Below, one piece after another: positions 25,787-35,634 of a DNA stretch of 45,631 nt. The number at the start of each line of letters is the position of its first letter. The first letter of the stretch is position 1. The notes beneath the pieces are model-generated. The model made no database searches, was not told where the DNA came from, and saw only the letters and a list, made by a program, of their open reading frames with translations. The position numbers were made by a program, and so were the translations under genes. This DNA is from a virus (Duplodnaviria > Caudoviricetes): the IMG/VR virus record IMGVR_UViG_3300037755_000412, positions 1-45,631 of that record; one strand, given 5' to 3'.

Positions 25787-27264
25787 GACCAGCTCCAGTT
25801 CTGCGGCATCGCCTGCGCCCGTGACTGCTTCTGAACCGCAATCGGTGCCGCGAACGTGAGCGCCAGCGCATCGCCGTCGTCCGGGCTGTCAACACCGCGC
25901 TTCTTCATGTCTTCCTTCGACTCCAGCCACACGCGCTGCCTATTGTCCGGCCTCGTCCCGGGCCCCAAGAGATCGGCTTCGAGCTGTGCGTCATCGTCAA
26001 CCGCTCCGCTCAACAGCCACTCCTTCATGCACGCCCACATGTAATCGCGCATGTAGCGGGCCTTCTCGTCAGGGCTGTCCGAGCCGAAGTTCACCTCTTG
26101 CACGTTGCGGTGGCCGAGCGCACGGAGACGAGCGCCAACAGGCCCGGCGATACCGGCACTGTCCAGAAAGAGCGTGTGCACCTTCCGACCGTCGTACTCT
26201 TTCTCGAGGATCTCGGCCAGCCGGGTCACCATGACTTGCGGGTCCCGCGTGAACTCGCCCTTCACCCGAATAGGCGGAATGCTTCTCCCGTCGAGACCGC
26301 AGCGGAACCGCACCACGTTGTCATCCGATCCGCCCCAGGCCATGTCAACGCCGGCCACTAAGGGCTGATCAGGCATCACGTACACCTGGCGCTTTTGCGC
26401 AGCCGTCACGCGATCCTGATCGATGAACTGAGCGTCAGATGCCCGTGGCGGGATGCCTTTGACGCGGACCCGGAAGAAATCGGAGTCGTCGCCATAGGTG
26501 GCTTCCCACTCCTTGATCTGCTCCTTGTTCGTGAACCGCGACGAGCGCGAGTCCACGACCGTTGGATGCCAGAGCTGTCGCGAAACACCGAAGCACGCCC
26601 GGTGGAAATGCCCAGTGGTCCGGGTACAGTTGCCGAACAGGAAGATCATCGGCTCGCCGTCCGTCAGTCCGCCCTCGGCCACCTCGTGTACCTTGTCCGG
26701 GATGCCTGAATCCTCGTCGAACACGTAGAAGCTAGTCGAGTCCGCGGCATGCTGGCCGGCAAACGCCTCGCTGTTCTCCTCCTTGCTCGACTGCGGCGCA
26801 CAGAACCATGAGTCCTTGTGATCCTTGTGGTACATCCGCTGGTCACCGACCTGAAACCAGTGCGAAGTGATGCAGATTCCAGTCCAGCGCTTCAGGGCCG
26901 CCCATGTCTTCGTGCTGAGCTGGACGTACGTGTTTGCGGTCACTGTGCCTTGAGCGTGCGGGCGCGTGCTCATGATCCAGTCCACGAGCCACGCCGCCAT
27001 GACCGACTTCCCGATGCCGTGACCACTCGATACGGCGGCACGGATAGGAGGGACGGGCGTCTTGCCGTCGAAGGCGTGGGCCTTCACCTGCTCGCCGATC
27101 CTGGTCAAGAGCTCAGCCTGCCACTTGTCCGGCCCTGGGTGGTCCTTGAGCGGGCCGTCTTCGCCCCACGGATAGCAAGCCAGCACGAAGCCGAGCGGGT
27201 CCGCGTAGAACTCCGCTACGAAGTCGGCAAGCCGCTCGTCAGGCGTGAGGATGGCCGTTGCCAC
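25783..27264 (-). CDS. terL: Terminase large subunit
   Basis: Walker A SSGHGIGKS, Walker B YVFDEDS, FGNCTR coupling motif, nuclease GVDMA and SPDDGDALALTFA. Confidence 0.96.
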   Translation of the reverse strand: MATAILTPDERLADFVAEFYADPLGFVLACYPWGEDGPLKDHPGPDKWQAELLTRIGEQVKAHAFDGKTPVPPIRAAVSSGHGIGKSVMAAWLVDWIMSTRPHAQGTVTANTYVQLSTKTWAALKRWTGICITSHWFQVGDQRMYHKDHKDSWFCAPQSSKEENSEAFAGQHAADSTSFYVFDEDSGIPDKVHEVAEGGLTDGEPMIFLFGNCTRTTGHFHRACFGVSRQLWHPTVVDSRSSRFTNKEQIKEWEATYGDDSDFFRVRVKGIPPRASDAQFIDQDRVTAAQKRQVYVMPDQPLVAGVDMAWGGSDDNVVRFRCGLDGRSIPPIRVKGEFTRDPQVMVTRLAEILEKEYDGRKVHTLFLDSAGIAGPVGARLRALGHRNVQEVNFGSDSPDEKARYMRDYMWACMKEWLLSGAVDDDAQLEADLLGPGTRPDNRQRVWLESKEDMKKRGVDSPDDGDALALTFAAPIAVQKQSRAQAMPQNWSWS

Positions 27265-27739
27265 GCTTCACCTTCGCCAGCCTGTCCCGGCCGGCCTTGA
27301 TGCGATCCTCGATCTTCGTGCTGATGCTGATGTCCATCCGCTCGATCAACAGCCCCATGTGTTTGAACAGCATCTCAAGGTTCTTCGACTTGTCCCACAG
27401 CTTCAGCTCTACGATATCCTCTTGCTTCCCGTCTCCGGCATCCGCGTTGTACTTGCGGTATTTCACTGAGGAGACGGCAGCTCGGATGTGTTTTGGCCAT
27501 TCCTTGAGCGGGAGCAGATTCCCGTCTGGCCCGAACAAGTCACCGATGTCCGAGTAGGCCAAGCGAGCAGCCTCCCGGAGCGCCCTATCAGGGTCGATCA
27601 GATCAGCCAGGCGCTCGGCGGCCTTGCGCTTCACCTGCGGCGCTCGCCCGCCATGCTTCGTACAGACAGTACCGCCGAGGATAGCGGGACGCTTGCACTG
27701 CTTCCGGCTGGCTTTGGACGTGGCTCGGCACTGGTTCAT
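27239..27739 (-). CDS. terS: Terminase small subunit with N-terminal C-C-C-HGG Zn motif
   Basis: CRAT....QCKRPA..G.TVC.KHGG; LAYSDI.DLF..DGNL.P; KLWDKSKNLEML.KH.GL. Confidence 0.88.
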   Translation of the reverse strand: MNQCRATSKASRKQCKRPAILGGTVCTKHGGRAPQVKRKAAERLADLIDPDRALREAARLAYSDIGDLFGPDGNLLPLKEWPKHIRAAVSSVKYRKYNADAGDGKQEDIVELKLWDKSKNLEMLFKHMGLLIERMDISISTKIEDRIKAGRDRLAKVKRGNGHPHA

Positions 27740-27761
27740 GGGGTCGGCGCTTCCATGGGGT

Positions 27762-27965
27762 CTACCACAGGGAAGGCCTTCCGGTCGCCCATGTGTGTCC
27801 TTCCCCGGAGAGCAAAGGATATGCCTCCATTAGCTTTTTGGTATCAGCGTCTTTCGCAAGACGTGCTGCTTCCGCTTGCTTCATCCACTTTCTGGTCTTG
27901 GCCCGGGACTTCGCGCGTTCATGGCATGCTTTACAATCGCCACGAAACCGATACCGCCTTTTCAT
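27762..27965 (-). CDS. Small basic hypothetical protein
   Basis: 67-aa ORF with CKAC; fills the gap before terS. Confidence 0.5.
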   Translation of the reverse strand: MKRRYRFRGDCKACHERAKSRAKTRKWMKQAEAARLAKDADTKKLMEAYPLLSGEGHTWATGRPSLW

Positions 27966-27983
27966 TGGAAGGCCATTGCCTCC

Positions 27984-28358
27984 CTACTGGTAGAACACGT
28001 GGACGGTGGCGGTGTCCCCGGTGTCAGCCACGATCGAGATGAATTTCGTGTAGTTCGGCGCCGTGACTGACTTCGGAACGTTGAAGCACAACGGGGACGC
28101 CGCAGAGCCGGCCGGGAGCGGGATGTAGGCCGTCGTCGCTGCGGCGGGGGTCTCACCCTCCCAGAACACCCGAAAGTAGGCCACGTCAAGGCCCACACTA
28201 CACAACTGCACCTCGGCCGAGGCCACGGGGAGCATGTAGGTCTGGCTGGTCTGCGTGACGCTCAGCGCCTTGAAGCCGAGCTCGGCATGGCCAGGGACAG
28301 CCAGGGCCAGCGCGGCGAGTAGTACGGCAAGTCGTCTCGTCATCATCTTCCTCCTCAT
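27984..28358 (-). CDS. Small secreted beta-rich protein
   Basis: MTRRLAVLLAALALAVPGHA|E signal peptide; start 28358 (ATGA) or 28346. Confidence 0.78.
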   Translation of the reverse strand: MRRKMMTRRLAVLLAALALAVPGHAELGFKALSVTQTSQTYMLPVASAEVQLCSVGLDVAYFRVFWEGETPAAATTAYIPLPAGSAASPLCFNVPKSVTAPNYTKFISIVADTGDTATVHVFYQ

Positions 28359-31300
28359 GGGACGACCACTGCCGCCGCCTGCGTCGTGGCAAGCACGGCA
28401 TCCCCCGCCGTGAGCCACTGATGGCGGATGTTGTAGACGGCGCCACTCGTCAGGCTCAGGACAACGGTGCAGCCCGTGGTGCAGGTTGCGTCGGTCTCGC
28501 TGGCCTCGGCCTCGCCCGGTAGGGCGTAGTAGACCTTGAGCTTGGTAGCGCCGAGGGCCTGGAGATACGCGCTCGGGACGGCTGTGTACTTCCAGTCCAC
28601 CGTCCCGCCGACTGCGCTGGCGACCGTCGTAAAGAAGTACCGCTCGGACTGGGCTTGACCGCAAATCGCTTCGACCCCGAACGTCTTGCCGGCTTCCAAG
28701 CCGCTGAAGTAGACGACGCGCCTCGAACGGCCACTAGTGCTGGTCGTTGTGTCGAGGATTGCGGTGTCTTCGAGTAGATTGACCACGCATTCATCATCAC
28801 GATCTAGCCCCGCGATGCCGAATGTGAGGATGACGCCGTTGGCCGAGGGCGCAGAGCGAAAGTCCATTCCGACAAGGGCGGAGGCCTGGTTGATCGTGAT
28901 CTCAAACGCCGCGTCGTCAAAGAGGGCTGCATCATCGGTCGCGCGAAGGGTGAAGGCATAGGTACCGAGTGTCGTCGGAGTTCCCGTAATCGCACAGGTC
29001 GCAGCACTCAGGCTGAGCCCCGGGGGGAGTTCGCCGGCCTCGTCGTCGGGCGCCTCGCCGTCGCCAACGATGAAAATGAACGGTACGGTGCCCCCACTCG
29101 CAGCGCAGGAATCGTTATACACAGCACCGACCTCGCCTACGTCGAATGTCAGTGTCGTGATGATCGGGTTGTTGCGCACCGCGAGCGCGTACTGCCGCGT
29201 GGTACAGGACGGGACCGAATCGCACGCCTCTACGACGAAAGACGCTGATCCGCCAGTCTGAGAAACCCCAGACATGCTGGTCCATACGATGGGATCAGCC
29301 CCGCCTCCATCGTCGAAGCTTGTCGTTCCTAACGTCGCGCCTGGGGTGTAGAACGCAGTATCGGTGAGGAGCGGATAGCTCGGAGAGGCTAGCGATGTGT
29401 AAAACACAGTTCCATTCTTGCTATACTTCACAGCCCCAGCGACCACGGCTACTCGCATCACATCACCGGTCACGTAGGCGCCGGTGGCGCTCGTGTACTT
29501 CTGGACCCCAGCCTCATACACCGATATCACGCCATCGATTCGAAGGTATAACCCAAAATCGATGTCGGTATAGTTGGTGTTCGTGTTGCCGTTGGAGAGG
29601 CCGAACATGCGGTATGTGGTCGTTTCGACCGCGACCGTCTCAACGTAGCCGTCACCGGAGGCAAGCGAGTTGGTTGACGCCGCCCCGGAATTGCCCCACG
29701 CCTGAGTCGCGGTCTTGATGAGCGAGGCCGGATTATCGGGAGTCGTCGGCGTGCCTGTGATCCCCGTAGCACAGGCGGTGTCGTTCGGCATCGTCAGGCC
29801 GGCCGGGAGGGCCCCGGAGTCTATCGAACAAGTGTATGGCCCACCGTCGCCAAACTGAGCCTCGATCGCCTGTGAATAGACTCCATTCACGACGGACTGG
29901 GCCAAGCTTGCCGTCGTGATCTCAATCGGAAGGTCGATTCCTGTCACGGCTACCGTAAGTGTCACGCTCCCCGTCACCGACGACTCGACGATCCCAATGC
30001 CCTCCGCCGTGACCGTGATCGGGGTGGCCGCCCCGCCATTGATCTGGGATGTCCACTCCCCGGTGGAGTTGAGATCGAACAGCATGATCTTCGTGGCAGT
30101 ATCGACACCAGCGGTGTACGTCACCTCAAAACCGGTGTTGCGAATTCGGATCTCTTCCAAGATCGTTGCCGGTGTTGGCGGTGTCGTCACCCAGTCATAA
30201 TAGCCACCGGTCACAGGCACGGGGCCGGGGATGTCCTGACCCTGCGTCCCGTTGAACAGGGTGAGGACGTTGGTCGAGCCCCGTGTGACGAGCGCACCAT
30301 ACGCCTTGTTCGTACTGTCCTGCACAAGAGTAACGGTCGCCGGGGTGCCAGTTGCGTAAGCGTCCCAGACGTTGAGGAACGGCTCCCACTGATTCGTCAC
30401 CGGATCCGGCACAACGGTCACATGACGCCAAGCGGTTTCCCCGGACGGAACCGTGCCGGCGTTGTACGTGATCGCACTGTCTGCCTGGTCGGTTTTCGTG
30501 CTGCTTGCCGGTAGGAGGTGATTGACCCGCGTATGCGCTGTCGCCCCGTCATAGATCCAGTCGGTATAGCTGCTCGTAATCGTAGCGGCTACCGGAGTGC
30601 TGATCCAAAGTTCCTTGTTTGGCCTGGAGGTAGACCAGTTTATGAAGCTCGCGCTCACGCTTGCGCTGGGAAACGTCTCGTCCTTGGAGTTGACGCGATC
30701 GAAGCAAACCACAACGTCCCAGTCTCGGAGCCACACCAGCGACCGGGTGTGCTCCATGATGTACGAGACGACACCGCCGTAGCGATGCCACGACCACAGA
30801 CTCCCCCCCATCGTCCCCGTGATATAGGTGTAGTTGACGGGGGTCGAATCGGTACGGTTGGCAAGCGCACCGCGGAACTCAAGCGGTCCAAAGCCGTTTC
30901 CTACCGGGACGCCCGAGAGCGTGACCCCGTTCGAGCCCCGAGCATCGATACAGGCGCCGCCGTAGCACTGTGGATGAGTGATGGCCCACTTGCCATTTTT
31001 CCAGAGCTGGAACTCGCCCCAGTAGGTAGGCGTATGGTCGGCAATGAGCGGGATGGCGTAGTGCGCTGAGAACCACGAATCCGAGACGCCCCAGCCGGTG
31101 CGGGCGTTGATCATCTGCGCGCCTGCGACGTACCGCGTCGTGGCAATCGTGGTCCAGTCTCCTGACGTCGCATAGGGGTCGAACATCAGGAATCCACGTG
31201 GGTAAGGATCGGCTGCGGTAGCACCGACCGTCGCTTCCCTATCCACAACCCAATCTTGAATCTTCGGCCCGATGGATGTGCCCTTGGTGATACCGGCCAA

Positions 31301-32260
31301 CACCATTGCCACGTCGAAATACTGGCGCGTCCGATACGTCCGGGGATGCTGGACATCTCCCCAGAGCTTCGGCTGAATGCTGGTCGTCGTCGAGGCCGGC
31401 GTCAGCATGTGGACGTACTGCTCTGCTGCTGCCTGTTGCCAAGTCGTCACCTCGGGGAAGTAGTCGGTCCCCGTCCATGAGCGAATTGCCTCGGCGCCAA
31501 AGATCAGGAGCTTGATCGTCCCCCCGTTGCTGTACTCGTATCCCTCCAGCCACTCGCCGTCAGCCGAGAAATCGGTCACGTAGCGATAGATACTGTTGCG
31601 GTACGTCGTATAGTCGGATGCGGTAGCGTCGAGCCCGCCGACAAATCGCGTGGCATCGTTCCAGAGTGTCTCCACCGTTGCGTTATAGCTACCCGTTGCG
31701 ATGTGGAGCATGGCGAGCCCCATGTACTCGCCGGTGGTCTGGTCGGAGTCGAAGCCCATCTGGTACTGGGCCGCCGGAGCTGGGGCATTTACGCACCCAG
31801 CCATTAGGTTGAGCTTGTCAAGAAAGGTCGTCCGCTGCCCGGCGGACAGACCCGGATAGAGCCAGTCGTATTCCCACGTGAACGTGGTGAAGTACTCGCG
31901 GCTATAGTTGCCCGAGATGCCGGAATTATTGCATGTCACGGAGCGATTGATGAAGTAAGAGGTGATCTTGGTCCAAGCCTTGTCACGATACGTCGTGTCC
32001 CCGGTGACGTGGTACATCCAAGTGGCCCACTCGGCGTGGTCCTCGTCGCGCTCGGTCGCGGTTCCGGTTTTGTCAGCGTTCGACTTCATCAGCTTGTAGA
32101 GCCGACCACCGAGCGTAGCCGGACTGGCGGTATTCGCTTCATAGTCGGTCTTCATCTGCGCCCAAGCCGTCTCACGTGCAGTCGTGATGAAGAAATGCGG
32201 ATGGTCCTGGGCGCTTACCGTAGCCGCAAGTAGCAAAAGCCCGACGAGGGCGCGAATCAT
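28355..32260 (-). CDS. Large secreted protein: polysaccharide-lyase/heparinase II-III-like region, putative Ig (He_PIG) repeats and a lectin-like insert
   Basis: MIRALVGLLLLAATVSA|QDHP signal; MYHVTGD..Y, YDWLYP.LS..QR, DGEWLEGYEYS, ARTGW, DH...GEFQLWK.G.W, HTRSLVW....VV.FDRV; GALPAGL..ITGTPT and GELPPGLSL...ITGTPT..GTY.FT..ATD. Confidence 0.8.
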   Translation of the reverse strand: MIRALVGLLLLAATVSAQDHPHFFITTARETAWAQMKTDYEANTASPATLGGRLYKLMKSNADKTGTATERDEDHAEWATWMYHVTGDTTYRDKAWTKITSYFINRSVTCNNSGISGNYSREYFTTFTWEYDWLYPGLSAGQRTTFLDKLNLMAGCVNAPAPAAQYQMGFDSDQTTGEYMGLAMLHIATGSYNATVETLWNDATRFVGGLDATASDYTTYRNSIYRYVTDFSADGEWLEGYEYSNGGTIKLLIFGAEAIRSWTGTDYFPEVTTWQQAAAEQYVHMLTPASTTTSIQPKLWGDVQHPRTYRTRQYFDVAMVLAGITKGTSIGPKIQDWVVDREATVGATAADPYPRGFLMFDPYATSGDWTTIATTRYVAGAQMINARTGWGVSDSWFSAHYAIPLIADHTPTYWGEFQLWKNGKWAITHPQCYGGACIDARGSNGVTLSGVPVGNGFGPLEFRGALANRTDSTPVNYTYITGTMGGSLWSWHRYGGVVSYIMEHTRSLVWLRDWDVVVCFDRVNSKDETFPSASVSASFINWSTSRPNKELWISTPVAATITSSYTDWIYDGATAHTRVNHLLPASSTKTDQADSAITYNAGTVPSGETAWRHVTVVPDPVTNQWEPFLNVWDAYATGTPATVTLVQDSTNKAYGALVTRGSTNVLTLFNGTQGQDIPGPVPVTGGYYDWVTTPPTPATILEEIRIRNTGFEVTYTAGVDTATKIMLFDLNSTGEWTSQINGGAATPITVTAEGIGIVESSVTGSVTLTVAVTGIDLPIEITTASLAQSVVNGVYSQAIEAQFGDGGPYTCSIDSGALPAGLTMPNDTACATGITGTPTTPDNPASLIKTATQAWGNSGAASTNSLASGDGYVETVAVETTTYRMFGLSNGNTNTNYTDIDFGLYLRIDGVISVYEAGVQKYTSATGAYVTGDVMRVAVVAGAVKYSKNGTVFYTSLASPSYPLLTDTAFYTPGATLGTTSFDDGGGADPIVWTSMSGVSQTGGSASFVVEACDSVPSCTTRQYALAVRNNPIITTLTFDVGEVGAVYNDSCAASGGTVPFIFIVGDGEAPDDEAGELPPGLSLSAATCAITGTPTTLGTYAFTLRATDDAALFDDAAFEITINQASALVGMDFRSAPSANGVILTFGIAGLDRDDECVVNLLEDTAILDTTTSTSGRSRRVVYFSGLEAGKTFGVEAICGQAQSERYFFTTVASAVGGTVDWKYTAVPSAYLQALGATKLKVYYALPGEAEASETDATCTTGCTVVLSLTSGAVYNIRHQWLTAGDAVLATTQAAAVVVP

Positions 32261-32262
32261 TC

Positions 32263-33906
32263 TCAGAACCTAACCAGCGCGCTAGAAATCGTCATGTAGA
32301 AGAGGTCCACGTCTAGATCCCTGTTCGTCGCTGATGCTCGTGCCACAACTCCGACTGATGGCAGTAGCCCATCGGCGGTTGGCTTATTCCCCATCGTCGA
32401 GTCACAACTGGACGAGCAGAATGTGATTTCTGTCTCGTAGGCCCCGGCACTGCCAACCTTCATCCCGATCATTTCGACACCAGCAGGACCGCACGTCATG
32501 CAATGACGTATCGTCACCGCCTGCCAGAGGTCCCCTACCGGGGCTTTGGTGCTAGCGACCGTGTCGCTGTTTGTGTCGTCGCCTGCCGACTGACAGCCGG
32601 TGGTCGAGGAATCACAGACCTGAAAGATCCACGTTGCATGCGACAGATCCGTGTCGAAGAAAGCCCTAATAGCCCCCGTCGCCGCAATTGTTCCGCCAAC
32701 GGAAAGACCTACGGCCAGGTGAACCGAAGTAACCGCGGTTACAGGCTTGATAATCCACGTTGTTGTCCACTCTTCCCCGGTGACGTCGTCTCCGTCCAGG
32801 GTCGTGGGGAAGATTAGGGGACCGCCATTGTCCGTAGTCCCACTACTTAGCCGTAGAATCCCGGGATGGTTCGGCTCGGTGGTTAGGTTCTGAGCAGCCG
32901 TGCCGACGGCTGCTGTCTGCGACAACTGCATGTTCAAGTCGCCTACGTTGCCGTCTGTTCCCAACCCCGAACTGAACTCGTCACGCCAGACTAGGATGGT
33001 GGTGCTCGACGGATCATAGCCACTCCCGCCGCACGCCGCTCCGCTCGCGATGTGATTCCCGTTCGCGTCGATTGACACGCAGTTGCCCGAGGTCTGGGTT
33101 CCTGTCGTAGTGACAAACGCGGTTGTGTTCCCGGATCTCGTCCCCACTGCCGGCGCGGCACCAGCACCGCCGCCGATCACGGGCAGGTTGGCTGTGAGGG
33201 CCCCAGAGGACGCGAGAACATCGGCTGTGGCCGTGAAGTAGGGAATCCCGCCAGAAGTCCCAGTGCCGGCTGGCAGGCTCAGGCCCCAGTGTTCCGTATC
33301 CGTCTCCGGGTAGAAGTACATGGCTGGCCGGTCCGTCTCGAAGTAGAAGGTCCCCAGCGCGCCCGTAGCCGAAACTGCACTTGTGCCACTGCTGAACGTC
33401 AGCACACAGGTCGTATCGATGTTGATCGTGGGCACACCAGCCGCCACGGAGATGCTGATGCACCCGTCCGTGTTCACCGGCTCCGCACTGACGTTGATCG
33501 AGTTGTTCGGCAGCGTGATTGTTCGGTTGCCCGTAGGATCGGTAGCCGCGAGACTCGTCACCGTGCCATCTACTGTGGCACCCTCAAAGACAAGGGCGAA
33601 CGCCCCGTTGAGGACGAATCCCGTCGTCCGCATGACATAGCGTGCGTTGTTGCCGATCGAAAAGGCCAGCTCGTCTGGGCCGGACCAATACATGCCCGTG
33701 TTCGTATCTCCGCTGAAGCCGTAGCTCGGAGCCCCCGCGGAGCCGGCGGCTTGCAGTATCGGCCCCGTCATCGTGCAGCCGGCGAGCGCGCAGCCGCCAC
33801 CTCCGCCCGTGCTCGGCGGCCAGTAGCCGAGCTGCGCGTGGGCAACAACGGGGGCCAACAGCAGCAATCCGGCCAGGACGAAGCGTCGCATGTGACTCTT
33901 TCTCAT
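32263..33906 (-). CDS. Tail-fibre-like protein carrying an N-terminal signal peptide
   Basis: MRRFVLAGLLLLAPVVAHA|QL; LAG.TMTGPI...GSAGAPSY.FSGDTNTGMY..GPDELAF, LVFEGAT.D...T.L..TDPT..RTITLP, GTSGGIPYF, SGNCVSIDANGN fibre motifs; GGAGG RBS. Confidence 0.8.
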   Translation of the reverse strand: MRKSHMRRFVLAGLLLLAPVVAHAQLGYWPPSTGGGGGCALAGCTMTGPILQAAGSAGAPSYGFSGDTNTGMYWSGPDELAFSIGNNARYVMRTTGFVLNGAFALVFEGATVDGTVTSLAATDPTGNRTITLPNNSINVSAEPVNTDGCISISVAAGVPTINIDTTCVLTFSSGTSAVSATGALGTFYFETDRPAMYFYPETDTEHWGLSLPAGTGTSGGIPYFTATADVLASSGALTANLPVIGGGAGAAPAVGTRSGNTTAFVTTTGTQTSGNCVSIDANGNHIASGAACGGSGYDPSSTTILVWRDEFSSGLGTDGNVGDLNMQLSQTAAVGTAAQNLTTEPNHPGILRLSSGTTDNGGPLIFPTTLDGDDVTGEEWTTTWIIKPVTAVTSVHLAVGLSVGGTIAATGAIRAFFDTDLSHATWIFQVCDSSTTGCQSAGDDTNSDTVASTKAPVGDLWQAVTIRHCMTCGPAGVEMIGMKVGSAGAYETEITFCSSSCDSTMGNKPTADGLLPSVGVVARASATNRDLDVDLFYMTISSALVRF

Positions 33907-34307
33907 CGATTCCTCCGGGCTTCGACCGCTCGGCGCACGTCCTGAAGCTGCTTGCCGAACTCCTTGATGGCCGCCACGACGGCATCCGAACTCGCCTCTA
34001 TCGCTTTTAGGCGGGCGGCCGTGCTCTCGCGGTGTCGGCCAGCACCCTCTTCGGCGCGGTCCATGCGTGCTTCGGTGCGCTTGAGGCCTCCGACGATCTC
34101 TTGATTGCTCTCGATCAGGTCGCGCCTCCCGCTGTTGGCTTCCTCGGAGACCCTCACGATGTGGCCGCCAACCTCCGTCATCCATGCCTTCACCTGGGCC
34201 TCCAGGCGCATCTCAAATGCAGCGCGTTCCTTGCCGAGGCGCTCCTCGAGACGCAGAAGGTCGGCTCGCAGGTCGGCTCGCGTGACGAAGTCCTCGTCCT
34301 GACTCAC
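33903..34307 (-). CDS. Coiled-coil protein (lysis-region accessory)
   Basis: Heptad-rich; GTGA/ATGA coupling. Confidence 0.7.
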   Translation of the reverse strand: MSQDEDFVTRADLRADLLRLEERLGKERAAFEMRLEAQVKAWMTEVGGHIVRVSEEANSGRRDLIESNQEIVGGLKRTEARMDRAEEGAGRHRESTAARLKAIEASSDAVVAAIKEFGKQLQDVRRAVEARRNR

Positions 34308-34780
34308 TCGGCATCTCCTCGCCATCCGTCCTTGAAGGTCTCGGGTCCGTTGAATCGCTCCGTTCTGGCCTTCTGATCACGCTCGAGCACCCCTTGAATC
34401 GCCTGCGTGCGCGTCAGCAGCTCGCGCACTTCGGCCTGCGTCGCGGCGGGTTCGTCGGGCGGCTTCGGCCGCGGAGGATGTCCGTCCATGAGCCATGTCT
34501 CCTCGCGCACCTCGGAGATCAGGACTTGCTGGCGCTGGAGCTCCTCGACATCCACGGCGCGGCCGGCGCGTGGACCGAGGATCGCTTCGAGGGTTTGCCG
34601 CTGCGCGTCGAGCAGGTACCGGATGTCCTTGCGGTCCTGGCCCCGGATCTTTCGCTCGATCGCCGCTAGCTTCCGCCACGCCACAAACTGCCGGGAGAGC
34701 CAGCCAGCGAAGGCGAGCAGCATCGCGGGGCCGCCCCACTGGCGGACGAGTTCCCACGGATCTGCAGGAGGCTGTGACAT
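34304..34780 (-). CDS. N-terminal TM plus coiled-coil protein (holin/spanin-like candidate)
   Basis: WGGPAMLLAFAGWLS hydrophobic segment followed by a charged helix. Confidence 0.6.
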   Translation of the reverse strand: MSQPPADPWELVRQWGGPAMLLAFAGWLSRQFVAWRKLAAIERKIRGQDRKDIRYLLDAQRQTLEAILGPRAGRAVDVEELQRQQVLISEVREETWLMDGHPPRPKPPDEPAATQAEVRELLTRTQAIQGVLERDQKARTERFNGPETFKDGWRGDAE

Positions 34781-34802
34781 CGTGGCGAGCGGCTCGGACA
34801 CC

Positions 34803-35057
34803 CTACGGCTTCGGTGCGTCCTTCGGACTTCGGAGCCAGAGCGCGACGCCGCCCATGACACCGGCCGTCACGATGGGCCAGATGTTCGGGATCAGAGTCG
34901 GACATACCTCCGTCACCTTCGCAACGACGCCCGTCGCTACCGCCGTACCGATGCCGAACACCGCGACTTGTAGTCCACCCTTCATCTGCGCCTCCTTGAG
35001 TCGTTCCACAACGCGGCTAAACGTCAACGCCGCCTTGAGATTCGCAATCAGGCCCAT
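34803..35057 (-). CDS. Putative holin (two TM segments)
   Basis: 84 aa; two hydrophobic helices and a basic tail LRSPKDAPKP. Confidence 0.65.
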   Translation of the reverse strand: MGLIANLKAALTFSRVVERLKEAQMKGGLQVAVFGIGTAVATGVVAKVTEVCPTLIPNIWPIVTAGVMGGVALWLRSPKDAPKP

Positions 35058-35060
35058 GCG

Positions 35061-35516
35061 TCATCCACGGTCGAACCACTTCCCGCCGTCGAGGTACGGC
35101 TGTTGCTTCAGGTGAAGGATGCCCAGCGCCTTCACGAGTGCCCGGAACTTGCTGTTACGCTTCACGCCGTCGTGCTCAGCACGCAGTGAGTGGTAGTAGT
35201 CCTGGAAGCCAAGCCTCAGCGCCGGCACCTCGGAAGCAGCAGCCGCGAAGTTCACTCGGATGAGTGCCTCAGCCTCGGCGGGACCACTCCACGGCTTCGA
35301 GACGCGCGTCACCGCAACAACGTCCTTCGCGAGCCGGATGACGAAGTCAATTGAGGCGTGCTGTCTGTCTGCTCGGAGGATCAGCGTGCCTCGCTTGTCC
35401 GGTGCGACTGAGGCCACGGCGGCATCGATGCGTCGCGAGAGCGTGTCCGGGCCGGGGACGAGCGAGATAGACTGTGGCGGATCGGCCTGGTAGCCGAGTG
35501 GCGTGTAGCTGCTCAA
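35061..35516 (-). CDS. Hypothetical protein
   Basis: TTG start overlapping the upstream TGA; protein-like composition from SSYTPLG onward. Confidence 0.6.
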   Translation of the reverse strand: MSSYTPLGYQADPPQSISLVPGPDTLSRRIDAAVASVAPDKRGTLILRADRQHASIDFVIRLAKDVVAVTRVSKPWSGPAEAEALIRVNFAAAASEVPALRLGFQDYYHSLRAEHDGVKRNSKFRALVKALGILHLKQQPYLDGGKWFDRG

Positions 35517-35614
35517 TGCGTCCAGCTCCAGACGAGCATGAGGATTCCGTAGCTGCCGCCGACTAGGGCAATGATGCCGGACACGACGCCGAGCGTTCGC
35601 TCTTGCCGCGTCAT
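35513..35614 (-). CDS. 33-aa single-TM peptide (not in ORF track)
   Basis: MTRQERTLGVVSGIIALVGGSYGILMLVWSWTH*. Confidence 0.55.
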   Translation of the reverse strand: MTRQERTLGVVSGIIALVGGSYGILMLVWSWTH

Positions 35615-35634
35615 ATCTCGACCCCAGCGGATCA

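Noticed and set aside
7708-33906. Diversity-generating retroelement or invertible tail-fibre cassette
   Set aside because: No reverse transcriptase, no TR/VR pair and no invertase or inverted fibre tips seen.
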